A DNA stretch of 49,595 nucleotides, the filler included, from Catajapyx aquilonaris (Eukaryota): the NCBI GenBank assembly GCA_000934665.2. It is 2 parts of 2 records of this genome, joined end to end, with 100 filler letters (N's around TTAATTAATTAA, not from the genome) between each part and the next. Parts side by side here need not be neighbours in the genome. Positions count along the whole stretch, not along the records: positions 1 to 24,751 come from JYFJ02005466.1; 1 more part is not named here. One strand, given 5' to 3'. Made by a program: the position numbers and the translations under genes. Below the pieces are notes generated by a model. The model had not been told where the DNA came from and searched no databases. It was given only the letters and a program-made list of their open reading frames with translations. Below, piece after piece: positions 1 through 11,087 of this stretch (within the stretch, counting starts at the first letter, position 1; every line of letters begins with the position of its first letter).

Positions 1-935
1 CTGTATAAATGGAAGACATCATGATTGTTTTGAAAGAAGGGTGAGTCCATTTCAGATCAGGCAGTAAAAAAAAAAAAAAAGTTTGAAACCCACATACAAT
101 TGAACTTTATGGAGCAATCAGTTTTACTATTTTAAATTTAGTTATCGAGATATTTATTTATTTAAAGGGGTACCAAAGTAACATTCACAGGAATAAGATG
201 CCCTTTTTCCATTGGTTTCAATGAGTATATTTCCGGAACCGTTCTGAAAACCAATATGAAATTTTAAACTCGTGCATTTGGAACAATGCACTGTTATGTC
301 ATGCATACATTTACTCTATGTAATGGTACAGTCACCTTTTAAAAAAATCTCCACTTGCATAATGCGCATACAGTAGAACCCCGATTATCCGTCACCCGCG
401 GGACTGGGGCATCGTCGGATAACCGAAAAGGTAGGATAATCCGAGGAGTTTAAAAAACATGAATAAAGCACGTCAAAAAACACGAAATAACGTACAATAA
501 AGGGGAACCAGAGAAGATGATACTGCGGGGATTAGGTGGGATTTTCTTACTTTTCAGCCCCTATGTTTACCACGAAGATAAGTAGAGTAGCCAGGTGGGG
601 ATTTTTTTTTTCCAGTTTGGATGTGGGCAACGAGATATAAATAGGATAGAGGCCGTAAAGGTCGGCCATCTTTGGCGGCCATGCCACTTCACGGCAAGAA
701 CACGCGCGAATTTGAATTTGTAGTATTTCTAACCCTGTTCTCATCTGCTTACACTCCTGCCTCCTGGCGGGGCTGGGAATAAAAGGCAGTCTAGTGAAAG
801 TCGCCAGCACGGTCATATAAGTAAGGTCTGGTCACTCCCACCCACCCCCTGCCGAGGCATTTTGCAGCGGGTGCTCACCTGAGACCGCCATGAGACATTT
901 CGGAGGCCAGGATAAGTGGCGACCCTACCGGACTA

Positions 936-1053
936 AGGCTGAACTTTATAGGTACTAAAGGGGAGGGCTACATTGGGGGGCCCAACATGGCCGCCGGCGG
1001 CCATGTTAGGCCAGCATGTAGCGCTTCCCTTTCGTACCTATAAAGTTCAGCCT
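936..1053. mobile_element. Small MITE (TIR AGGCTGAACTTTATAGGTAC, TA flanks), copy 1
   Basis: Perfect TIRs, TA on both sides, and an internal GC palindrome AACATGGCCGCCGGCGGCCATGTT. A second copy lies at 4988-5101. Confidence 0.75.
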
Positions 1054-1056
1054 TAG

Positions 1057-4000
1057 ACGAAGCCCTACATCATCTAGATAACATTCTTTCTCGTGGCTCT
1101 GCCGGGTCTGGGGTCGTCATAGTAGGCGATTTCAACGCCCGTAGCTTGTATTGGGGTGACGTTAAGGACAACGCCAGAGGGCTGGCTGTTATGGAATGGG
1201 CCGTCCGAGGAGACCTTCAACTTGGGAATGACCCTGATCAAGGCCCAACCTTCGAGACTGGGAATGGGCTCAGTTGGATCGACCTAACCTGGACTCGCGG
1301 TCTTGACCTGAATGAGTGGAGGCTACTTAAAACCGAAACCCTTAGCGACCACAATGGCATTGTGTTCCGACTTGGAGGACCTACTTCTCCTCCTCAATAG
1401 CTGCGTTTTGGTCACTAACCAGGGCTTGCTGGGACTTCTTTGAGGGCACTATTTCCCGCTGGGCGGTGGAGCAACCCTTGCTGACTAACATCACAGAAGA
1501 GGAGGTGGAGGAATTGGCGTCTGAGTTCCAGCGTACCTGCGTGGAGGCTGCCATGTTCGCCATTCCCCGGCACCCCACCCGCCAGCAAGCTTCTTGGGCT
1601 TGGACCCCCGAACTCACTCGACTCCGTCGGATTGCACATGCTACGCGAAGAAGCTGGCAGGCCGTGAGGGACCTGGACACTGAATTGGAAAGGTTCAGAC
1701 TGGAGAACTATCGTCGGGCCAGGAACAACTTTAAACATGCCCTCCGCAAGCATAAGATCATTAGCGGGCGCCGTTATTGTGAGGTACATTCTGATGCAAA
1801 CCCCTTCTCACTGCCCTACAAAATTCTCCGGGGGAAGTTTGGCCGTAGGATTGAAGGGACCAGAGGCCCAGTCGTTTCGTTAGCCGACATTGGAGCCGCT
1901 ACGATTGACAGCTACTTCCCGTGGGATGGTGGTTCCTGGCAGTCCCACTCCAGTATCCACGGGAACACCCATTATGATCCTTCGGATCCTCCTTTCACCG
2001 ATGGGGAGCTCTGTGAAACTGTGCGGAGCATGTCTTGCAACAAAGCTCCAGGACCAGAGGATCATCCTTTAGCTTGCCTGCCCCACATCCTTGCGGCTTC
2101 AGCTGAGTTTTGGCTGAGGCTGCTCCGGGCCCTACAACGACTTGGCGTCTTCCCCGCCTCGTGGAAAACATCTCGTCTTGTACTCATCCCTAAAGGGGAT
2201 GGGGGCACCCGTCCGCTTTGCCTTGCCCCTGCCCTGGGTAGGGTGCTTGATCGACTCATCAATCAACGTCTTACGCATTGGGCAGAACAACAAGAGAAAC
2301 TAGATGAACATCAGTACGGGTTTCGTAAGCAGAGGGGAGTGATGGAAGCAGTGGAGGCGCTTGTGAGAAAGATCAAAGAAACTTGGGCCCAGGATTGGCA
2401 TTGCCTGCTTATTACTCTTGACATTAAGAACGCTTTTAACAGCGTACTTCACGAAAGGATAACGACGACTCTTCTTAATGCACGTTGCCCTAGGGGACTG
2501 TTTAGGATGGTGGAGGGGTTCCTCGGTCCTCGCCAGCTCATCTGTGACTGGGGCTCTCATACGATGGAGAGGGGCTGTCCGCAGGGTTCCAGTCTGGGTC
2601 CCTTACTGTGGAACCTTGCCATGAACGGCTGGTTTGGAACAATGAGGGAGGTGGGCCTGAACCGGGTGCATGTGCAGGCTTACGCTGATAACCAAGTTTT
2701 GCTGATTTCTGGCCTCTCCATTGACAGAATCCAGGAGACGTGGTTTAAGGTGGAACCCATTTTGCGGAAGTGGCCTGCCTCGCTTGGGCTCGACTACAAT
2801 AGAGCGAAGACAGAGGCCATGTTTCTGCCATATCACAAGTTAACACAAAACCGAAACTGTTCTTTCAAGGAGTACCCATTGACCTAGGCTACTCTGTGAG
2901 GATCCTCGGCCTGTATTTGGACTGCAAGCTCTCTTGGCTTCCCCATGTGAAGAAGGTGGCAGCTAAAGTACGCAGTGTGTCATCTCGTCTCTGGAGCGTT
3001 ACAGGACAGAGATGGGGCTGGCACCTGGGAGCAGGCTTCGAATCCTGACTTCTGTAATACTTCCCATGTTATTGTATGGGGCCGAGGTCTGGGGCTATCG
3101 GACAAAGGTTAAGAAGGTCAGTACGGACTTGTTATCTGCCCTTCGCCCTTTCCTTTTGGCGGCCACCAGGTCTTACAGAACCACGCCCAGTCATTTGCTT
3201 TGTGTCCTTACTGGCACACTGCCTCCAGCACTTCAGGCCAATGCCATTTGGGAGGCCCGTAGGACATCTCAAGCCGAAGCTGCACGGGGACTTGTGAGAC
3301 TACCAGTTCCTATGAAGGACTCTCCTCCACCATGGAGATGGGTGAGGCCCAACATCTGTACCTGGGAAGGGGCGCCTGCTGCAGTAGATCTACTGTTCAC
3401 GGACGGCTCGGTCATGAGGAGGGGAGTTGGAGGTGCTGTGGTGATCATGGATGGCGAGGAGCAGGTCATCAACTACGAGAACACCCCTTTCACTGCATCA
3501 ATCGGAATCTTGACGGAGAGCTTGCTATGATTGTTAGGGCCCTGGAGATTGCCATCTCTTCTGCACGGAGGAATTCGGTTTGGGTGATCTCTGATTCTAT
3601 GTCGGCGCTTCAATCAGTGGTGAACCCCCGATCCTCTCACGGACTAGTCCAATATGCACAGAGACTCTTGAGAGAAGCTAGTCAGGACATTAGTCTCCAT
3701 TGGGTTAAAGCGCACCAGGGGTCACCCTAGGAAACGAACTGGCCGATCAGGAAGCCAAGAAGGCCACGTTGCTTTCGGTGGGTCGCCGTTTCCTGCCGGA
3801 ATCATCCCGGAGTATTCGTCGCCGTGAATTCCGTACGGCGTTGGAAACCTGGCAACAGGGATGGGAGCTTTGTCGGAACGAGTGGTATTTTGGCTTCTTC
3901 CCGGCCGTATCCATCAACAGACACATACACGGCCACCTTGCCAGAATCATCTCAGGTCACGGGCCCTATAGGGCATATCTGCGTCGCTTTCACCTTGGAG

Positions 4001-4492
4001 AGTACAAGGAGAGTGGAGTTGACGAGGAGGAGGGGGACAGTACGATTGCAGACCGCTGTCCGTGCAACGGAGGGGTGCAGTCTGCGAGGCACATCATTTG
4101 GGACTGTTCTCTTCCAGAGGTGACAGTGGCCCGACGGGATTTGCGTCGAATTTCGGTGTCCAAGGGGTTTGGCTGGCCCTGTTCCAGAGATGCGCTCGTT
4201 TCGGATCAGCTGCTCCCTACCTTCAACCAATTCTGCCTGGTGGCGGATCGCTTATTATCGCAGATGAATGCTGGTAGGGGTCGGAGACGACAACAGTATG
4301 AAGAGCATGATGCCTCCTGAACAGAAGAAGACGGCCTGGTGAACCTGCTGTTGTTAATTGTTGATTAATGTTGATTTGTTTTATGACCTATATGGCTTTA
4401 TGTATGTTGAGGAGATTTGTTCATTTGAATAAATAGCGGGAAACGGGCTGTAGGACTTGAAAAAGGTTAGGACAGCCCTCATCCCCTTTTCC
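1057..4492 (+). mobile_element. 5'-truncated, decayed non-LTR retrotransposon (R1-clade-like, APE-RT-RNase H-CCHC)
   Basis: APE motifs IVGDFNA, WIDLTW and LSDH. RT motifs KAPGP, QYGFR, LDIKNAFNS, GCPQGSSLGPLLWN and YADN (YADD mutated). RNase H motifs FTDGS, SDSMSAL, LHWVKAH and GNELAD. C-terminal ISGHG...CPC-x8-H-x4-C knuckle. Stops and frameshifts near 1398, 2885, 3510 and 3728. AATAAA near 4428. Confidence 0.9.
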
Positions 4493-4900
4493 AGTCCGGT
4501 AGGGTCGCCACTTATCCTGGCCTCCGAATGTCTCATGGCGGTCTCAGGTGAGCACCCGCTGCAAAATGCCTCGGCAGGTGATAACGCCAGAATGTAGTAT
4601 AAGTGTTCGTGGGCTGGTCACCAGACTGCCTTTTATTCCTAGTCCCGCCAGGAGGCAGGAGTGTAAGCAGAGGAGAACAGGGTTAGAAATACGACCATTT
4701 CAAAGTTCTTGCCGTGAAGTGTCATGGCCGCCCGATGGCCGCCAATTGCATCAAAGATGGCCGACCTTTACGGCCTCTATCCTATTTATATCTCGTTGGC
4801 ACCCTCTGCAAAATGCTTCGGCAGGCGAAAACATCACTTATAGTTTGGGCGACAGGCACAATCAGCCCACGGACACTACCCCTATCTTCTGGGCTTATCA

Positions 4901-5188
4901 CCTGCCGAGGGATTACGCACCGGGTGCTCCCTTGAGACCGCCACTAGACATTTCCCAGAGCATTTATGTGGCGACCCTGCCGGACTAAGGCTGAACTTTA
5001 TAGGTACGAAAGGGGAGGGCTTGGGGGGCCCAACATGGCCGCCGGCGGCCATGTTGGGCCAGCATGTAGCGCTTCCCTTTCGTACCTATAAAGTTCAGCC
5101 TTAGTCCGGTAGGGTCGCCACATAAATGCTCTGGGAAATGTCTAGTGGCGGTCTCAAGGGAGCACCCGGTGCGTAATCCTTCGGCAGG
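4901..5188. repeat. Palindromic foldback element B (intact; central MITE copy 2 at 4988-5101)
   Basis: 4901-5013 and 5075-5188 are near-perfect inverted repeats. The element is related to, and oriented opposite to, element A. Confidence 0.85.
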
Positions 5189-5866
5189 GGGTGGGTGGGG
5201 AGTGACCTAACCTGAGTCTTCTACAGCCGTGGGCACAATCTCCATGCAAAAACTGGCTTCACTTTTTCTTGGAAGTTATGCATCTAGTAGGATATAGCAG
5301 ATATCTTTGAGTATAAGTGTCCGGGGGCTGATGTGGGGTATTCCGGGTTCCTTTTGCGTCTGGCAACTCGACTTCAAAGCCCCAGAAAACCGATGCAGTG
5401 GTTTCCCCTGGACGGCCTATATTATGGTTTTCTAAGAAATAGTGAAGTATTTTTATTTTACACGCACACTCTACTATACTGTATTTATAACTTAGGCACA
5501 ACAAACAAATGCGTAGAACATTACAGTATTTCATGAGAAAACATAGCCTACATTTATTGCCGGAGCGGGACGGTCGGGTAAACCGAGGGGTCGGATAATC
5601 GGGGTTCTACTGTATTTCGCAATTTAATACACCGTTATGGTAAACGTGACGGTTGTGCCGATTATATTTTGTGATATTCTCGGTGACCCCTTAAAGGTTA
5701 TTAAATAAAACCAAGAGCTGATAAAACCGCGTGTAGTTGAGATGCGTGGTGAAAATATGGCAAGCATATTATTTCAGCAATTATTTTCTCAAAAAACGCC
5801 ATTTTTGAATTTGAATTTTGAATTTTACAGTGTTTACACGGACAGACAGGTTACCGGTATAAAAAG

Positions 5867-6115
5867 TAGGGCCTATGTCAAAACCCGACTTTCGACTTTT
5901 TTCGGTACTCAAAAAATATCGAATCGAAGTCGATATATCGAAAATCGAAAATCCGACATCGAACCGACATCGGAAAATATCGAAAGCCGACATCGAAAAA
6001 TCGCGATATTCGATATACATCGCACATGCCAAGACCCAAGAGTCTGATATCGCAACTTCGATATTATGACAATTTCGTATCGACAGTCGATGTATCGAAA
6101 TATCGCACAGACCTA
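5867..6115. repeat. TCGA/ATCG-rich repetitive element (possible degenerate hAT-type MITE)
   Basis: Dense ATCGA/TCGAT reiteration with imperfect TAGG...CCTA ends. No TSD found. Confidence 0.4.
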
Positions 6116-8527
6116 CCGACACGAAAACATGTTACGTCCCCACATGCAACGCATGAAAAAAAGGGATGGAGGAATAAAGGGAGGGGAACTACGTCATGAT
6201 ATGCTGGCTGGCTTGTGAGGCTGGTTGCGGTATGACGGCCTTCACTCATCATGATGCTCTGTCACTGGAAACTGTGGCACATTGAAAGGGATGGAAAAAG
6301 GGCATCTTCCCGTGAATGTTATTTTGGTACCCCTTAAAAGAAATATTAATATCTCGATAACTAAATTTAATGTCGTAAAACTGATTGCTCCATAAAAGTT
6401 CAATTGGATGTGGGTTTCACATATATTTTTGTTTCTTCACAAAAATCGATGCCTATGACTTGACACCTTTTGACACTCACTGCCTGATCTGAAATGGAAC
6501 CACCCAGAACACTCAGAGCATCACTACTCAGTTATACACTGGCTATAGCTATCACTGGTAAGGTTGTCCCAAATATAAAGCAGTCCCAGTTCAATACATT
6601 TATGTGCACGGGACACCACTTGGCTGCTTCCTCCATGTGTTTGCAGTTTTATGACATACAGTACGCTATACACTACTCAGAAGTGGATTTTTATTTTATA
6701 AACCAACTTAGTGCAACGCTTCCATGAATATATTAGTCAACCAAGACAATAAAAGAACACATTGGCCCTGGAGGGCAAAACCGTTTCAGTAAAATCAGGA
6801 CGAGATAGATGTTTTTGTCCAACGTGGAGCAGCAGGTCGTTATGATGACCTGTGAAATAAATCATTATCCAGTTTAAAATTAATATTCATGTATATATTC
6901 ACCGTGAAGGTACATAACATGTTCATTTTCTATTTTGTGAAAAATGTATGGGCATATTTGTTTGTTTTTTTTGAGAACATGAATGATGTTCAGACGAGGA
7001 AAGCGATCATACCTATTTATTCTTTGAACTGGGGCCTGGGAGTGATGAGAAAGTTCCCATGCCGAGAGAGGATAGTGATGGGTTGGCTGATTTGATGGGT
7101 TTCTGGCCACCCTCTGCTTGCACACACAGTCCTGTTTTTGGTAGTTGAAGTTCGTAATCCTGGCCAGTTGTTTGCTGGCACTCACAATCGATATCACCAT
7201 GTTTCCATGCTTTAGTCCAATGGTCTCCTTCTTCTGGGACTGAATGGCAGCAAACATGTTGCCTTCCATCTCTTGTCACCTGTGTGCTGTCCATGAATGA
7301 CGCCAGTTTGATCTCTCCGAGAAGACGAAATCCAACAATTTTTTGCTTGGGAAGGTAGGCGAGAAGAGTATAGAGGCTCCTTTTGCAATACACTGCGACA
7401 TAGTCTTCTACCCTGCTGGAAAGCTTCTTCCACTCTTTGTCCGAGAACTTGTAGGCGTTTCGCTAGTAATTGGAACACGAGAGGGGCAATTCGTTGGACA
7501 CTGCAGCCCGGACCGTGTAGGCCTAATGCCATTGGATGGGTCGTAAGATTTGATTACTCACCCATTTAATTTTTCCCAGTTCACTGACAGTCATGGGTAT
7601 ATACTTGTACTGCGGCACCTTATCACCCATCCTAGTGTACCAATATCTTGGCCTGGTCTGCTAAAATACTCCTTTAGCCACCGACTGTACTCTTACGTCA
7701 GCTCGACTCTCAGCCTTCTTAATAACAAATTCTTCCGAACAATATTTCATGGTAACCTCAGAATCCACATATCAACACAGGGTATCCAACAGGAAATGTT
7801 CCAAATTCATGCTACACAGTAATCCAGAATCGAAAAAATGCGATCGTATACGTAATAACGTGTTGATTAAACGGTGTATGTATGTAAAAACACTGGTTTG
7901 CAATGTTTTCAAGATTGCTAATGTAGATTTTTCTGCTATTTTTAACCCAGACCTACGGGGTGTACGAAAATAACACGATCGAATTTGAGAGTCCGTGAAA
8001 AAAACGGTAATCTAATACATATTTCTCGACATACGGTCTGTCTGTCTGTCTGATCCCGATGCAAATCTATAAGGCCTCGACATATGCCCCAGGGGAATGA
8101 TTAGGGGTAGTTTTTTACTGGGAAGGTCATAAGCACATTGGACTTGACCTCCGAGGCTATCCTTGGCCGCAGGAGGCGAAAAGGACATTGGGACATTGGC
8201 CCGCGTTCTAATCATGCGCAATGGGGTGTAAAAAAAACCCTCTGTTGAGTTGCCATGGAAACTGTCCATTCGTTCTCTGACGGCCGAAGGGGTCACACCA
8301 CCATCTCCCCACTGCCACTGTAGCATACCGCCTCCTAGCGGGGTTTGGTGTATGCTGCCTCCTGGCGGAGGTGTGTGTAAGCGAGTCAGATTAAAGGTGG
8401 TGTTAACCGAGTGCAGACGTGTTCTATTCTTGGTCTGTCCCAATACATAACAACTGGCGACGAGTGAGTGGAGTGTGTCCCGGGTCGCGCCCGTGTTGTT
8501 CCCCTTGGGTCCCCAGTGCCCCTGGCA

Positions 8528-8811
8528 GCCGGCCTTGGTGGACTAGTGGTTTAGCGCGCTCGCCTCTGGTCCCAAAGTTGTGGGCTCGAACCCGGCCGAG
8601 GACGGTAACTTTTCTCCGGGTGGTAGAAAAGTGAGAGTGCGCCTTCCTTCGGAGGGGAAGTAAAGCCGTCAGTCCCGTGTGGTTGTGACATTGCGCGAGT
8701 GCACATTAAAGATCCCCAGAGTGGCCAAATTTCCAGGAGGAGGACCACCCCCTGGCGTCGGTGTTGAGCCTTAGAGGCAGAAATAGGCCGACGTTAAGCC
8801 CCACTAAACCA
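8528..8811 (+). mobile_element. tRNA-derived SINE inserted in the gypsy 5' UTR
   Basis: tRNA-like head with an A box (TGGACTAGTGG) and a B box (GGCTCGAACCC). 13-bp TSD AGTGCCCCTGGCA at 8515-8527 and 8812-8824. Confidence 0.88.
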
Positions 8812-9772
8812 AGTGCCCCTGGCATCTGGAAAGGTCACCGTGGACTTGGTGATAGTGACATTCTTCCGGTTCATCCCAGGCCTAGCCACGTGGTGGTGAG
8901 TGTGAAGACAAAGGGGAGGGCATCGACGGGTCTGTGCTTCGCCATATATTTGGTGAGACAGAACAAAGTGTATAACACTTTACTTGTGGAAAGACAGGAA
9001 AAGAGGGAGGCATGGAATTGTTTGGCACAATAATGGACCCTTTCAGTCCTAATCATCCGGAAGCGTGGGGTGCATACCTGCAACGATTCCAGTGTTATTT
9101 GATTGCCAACGACATGCAGATAGAGGCTCGGAAAAGGGCAATTTTTCTGACAGTGATTGGCCCGGACACGTTTGAGCTATTGCGCTCGTTGGTGTCTCCG
9201 GCAGACCCTACTTCTCTGGCGCTGGACCGCCCTATTGAAGTGTTACAGCAGCATTTTTCGCCGACACCCAACATCATTGTGGGACGGTTCCGGTTCTACA
9301 AGCGGGTCCAGGAGCCGACCGAGCGAGACGGTAGCAGATTACATCGCCGCTCTCAGGAAGCTAAGTAGACATTGTGATTTTCCAAATTTGGAAGACGCCT
9401 TGCGCGACCAGTTGGTGTGTGGACTACGAGATGAGCAAGCTCAGCGCCGGATGTTGTCGGAGAAGACGTTGACGTTTTCGAAGGCGGAACAGATGGCGGT
9501 GGGGACAGAGACGGCGCGGCATTACGTAATGTGGCAGCCGTACGAGATGAGGGGCGCGTCCAGAACGTACATTCTACAACAGCAGCACCGGTAACAGTCT
9601 TGTCGGTCACAAGAAAAAAGGGGGGCTCCAAAAGCCATGCTACAGATGCGGTAAGGACCATTCCCCAGACCCGTGTCGGTTTAGAGATGCCATTTGCCAT
9701 CACTGCCAAAAACGGGGCCACATTGCCCCAGCATGCATGCAGAAGAAGAGAGGGAAGCCTGCAGTTCCGATG

Positions 9773-9830
9773 CAATACACAATACAATACAATACAATAC
9801 AATACAAGGCAAGGCAATACATGCAATACA
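9773..9830 (+). repeat. (CAATA)n/(CAAGG)n pentanucleotide microsatellite in the gag-protease linker
   Basis: Direct tandem CAATA/CAAGG units. Confidence 0.85.
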
Positions 9831-10842
9831 AGGCCAGCAGGTCAACACCCACACGGTGACGGCAGCGGAAACAACCACCCCTGCGGAGGAGGACGAAATG
9901 CAAGAGGTGCCTGTGCATACCCTAGCAGCTACAGCTAAGACCAACCGTCGTGGTGAGGTATGTGTCACCACCGATGGGAAACAAACGCTCATGGGGATTG
10001 ACTCTGGCTCCGATCGCTCCCTATGATTTCGGAGGCCACCTTTCTCAAGCTTTGGCCTGACAGACCAAAGCTGCAACCGTCAGCGATAGTGTTGAAACCG
10101 TATGGGCGCCCCCCGTTGGATATTTTGGGCTCCCTGATCGTGACAGTGCGCCATCTGCAGCATACTGCTCGCCTGGAACTGTTTGTGGTGGCTGGAGAGG
10201 GGCCCAGCCTTTTGGGGTCCAATTGGTTTCCAACATTGGGAATCGAGATTGTGGGGATTCACGTTGTGGGACACGCCCACGACGACTGGCAGACGAAATA
10301 CCCTAATGTCTTCGCTGCCCAGCTAGGATGCTTCAAAGGACCTCCAGTCAGCATTCCCCTAAGGAAGGATGCTGTTCCTGTATTCCGGAAGCCCAGACCG
10401 GTACCGTTTGCCCTGCGGCCGTTGGTGGATGCAGAATTAGACAGGTTGGTGATGGATGGCACACTAACACCCGTACGTTATTCTGAGTGGGCAACACCCA
10501 TTGTTAGTGTGCGAAAGCCAGAAGGCAAGATCCATATGTGCGGCGATTATAGTATCACGGTCAATCCGAACAGCATACCAGACACTTATCCACTTCCCCA
10601 CACCCGGGAGCTCCTGGCTAACCTGGCGGGAGGGAAAATATTCGCAAAACTGGATCTTCCATCTGCGTACCAGCAGCTCGAAGTAGATGATGCGTCGCGT
10701 CGGCCCAGGTGCAGACCATCACAACACACCGTGGGTTATTTCGAGTAAACAGACTGGCCTATGGGATAACTTCCGCCCCTGGAATATTCCAAATATTTAT
10801 TGAAACACTGTTGGCGGGCATCCCTGGACTGGGAATATACTT

Positions 10843-11087
10843 GAAGAGTACAGGGGAAAAAGGGGAATGTCAAATTCCATTGGGGTTCCTGCCAAGTGCA
10901 CAGTACAATAGTACCGTAGGTGCCACTTATACCTGGAGGCTTTCCATGGGTACAAGGGGGACAGTTGCATATAATGACGTGAAGATATCCATATTATTCC
11001 TTATACACGTGAAGAAATAAAGCAATTTCTTCGATTTCTCACGAACATTTTCTGTGTGACATTCCCCCCTTTTCCCCTGGACTCTTC
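10843..11087. mobile_element. 245-bp MITE with a 4-bp TSD (ACTT) inserted in the RT YLDD codons
   Basis: TIRs of about 30 bp, GAAGAGTACAGGGGAAAAAGGGGAATGTCA / TGACATTCCCCCCTTTTCCCCTGGACTCTTC. ACTT at 10839-10842 and 11088-11091. Removing the element restores ATA TAC TTG GAT GAT. Confidence 0.88.

Larger units (their letters stand above)
623..4800. repeat. Palindromic foldback element A, split by the LINE
   Basis: 848-933 is a near-perfect inverted repeat of 4493-4578, and about 623-795 is an inverted repeat of about 4622-4800. The centre carries the MITE at 936-1053. Confidence 0.8.
371..5612. mobile_element. Tc1/mariner-pogo-type non-autonomous element
   Basis: TIRs CAGTAGAACCCCGATTATCCG / CGGATAATCGGGGTTCTACTG, with TA on both sides (369-370, 5613-5614). 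Confidence 0.85.
39..6505. mobile_element. Non-autonomous long-TIR DNA transposon (Sola2-like) hosting nested insertions
   Basis: The left end GGGTGAGTCCATTTCAGATCAGGCAGT (39-) and the right end ACTGCCTGATCTGAAATGGAACCACCC (-6505) are inverted. The similarity extends over about 39-222 vs 6281-6505. AGAA flanks both ends (4-bp TSD). The superfamily is inferred only from the 4-bp TSD and GRG terminus. Confidence 0.6.

Noticed and set aside
8528..8600. tRNA gene
   Set aside because: It is the head of a TSD-flanked SINE. The same applies to about 19680-19752.
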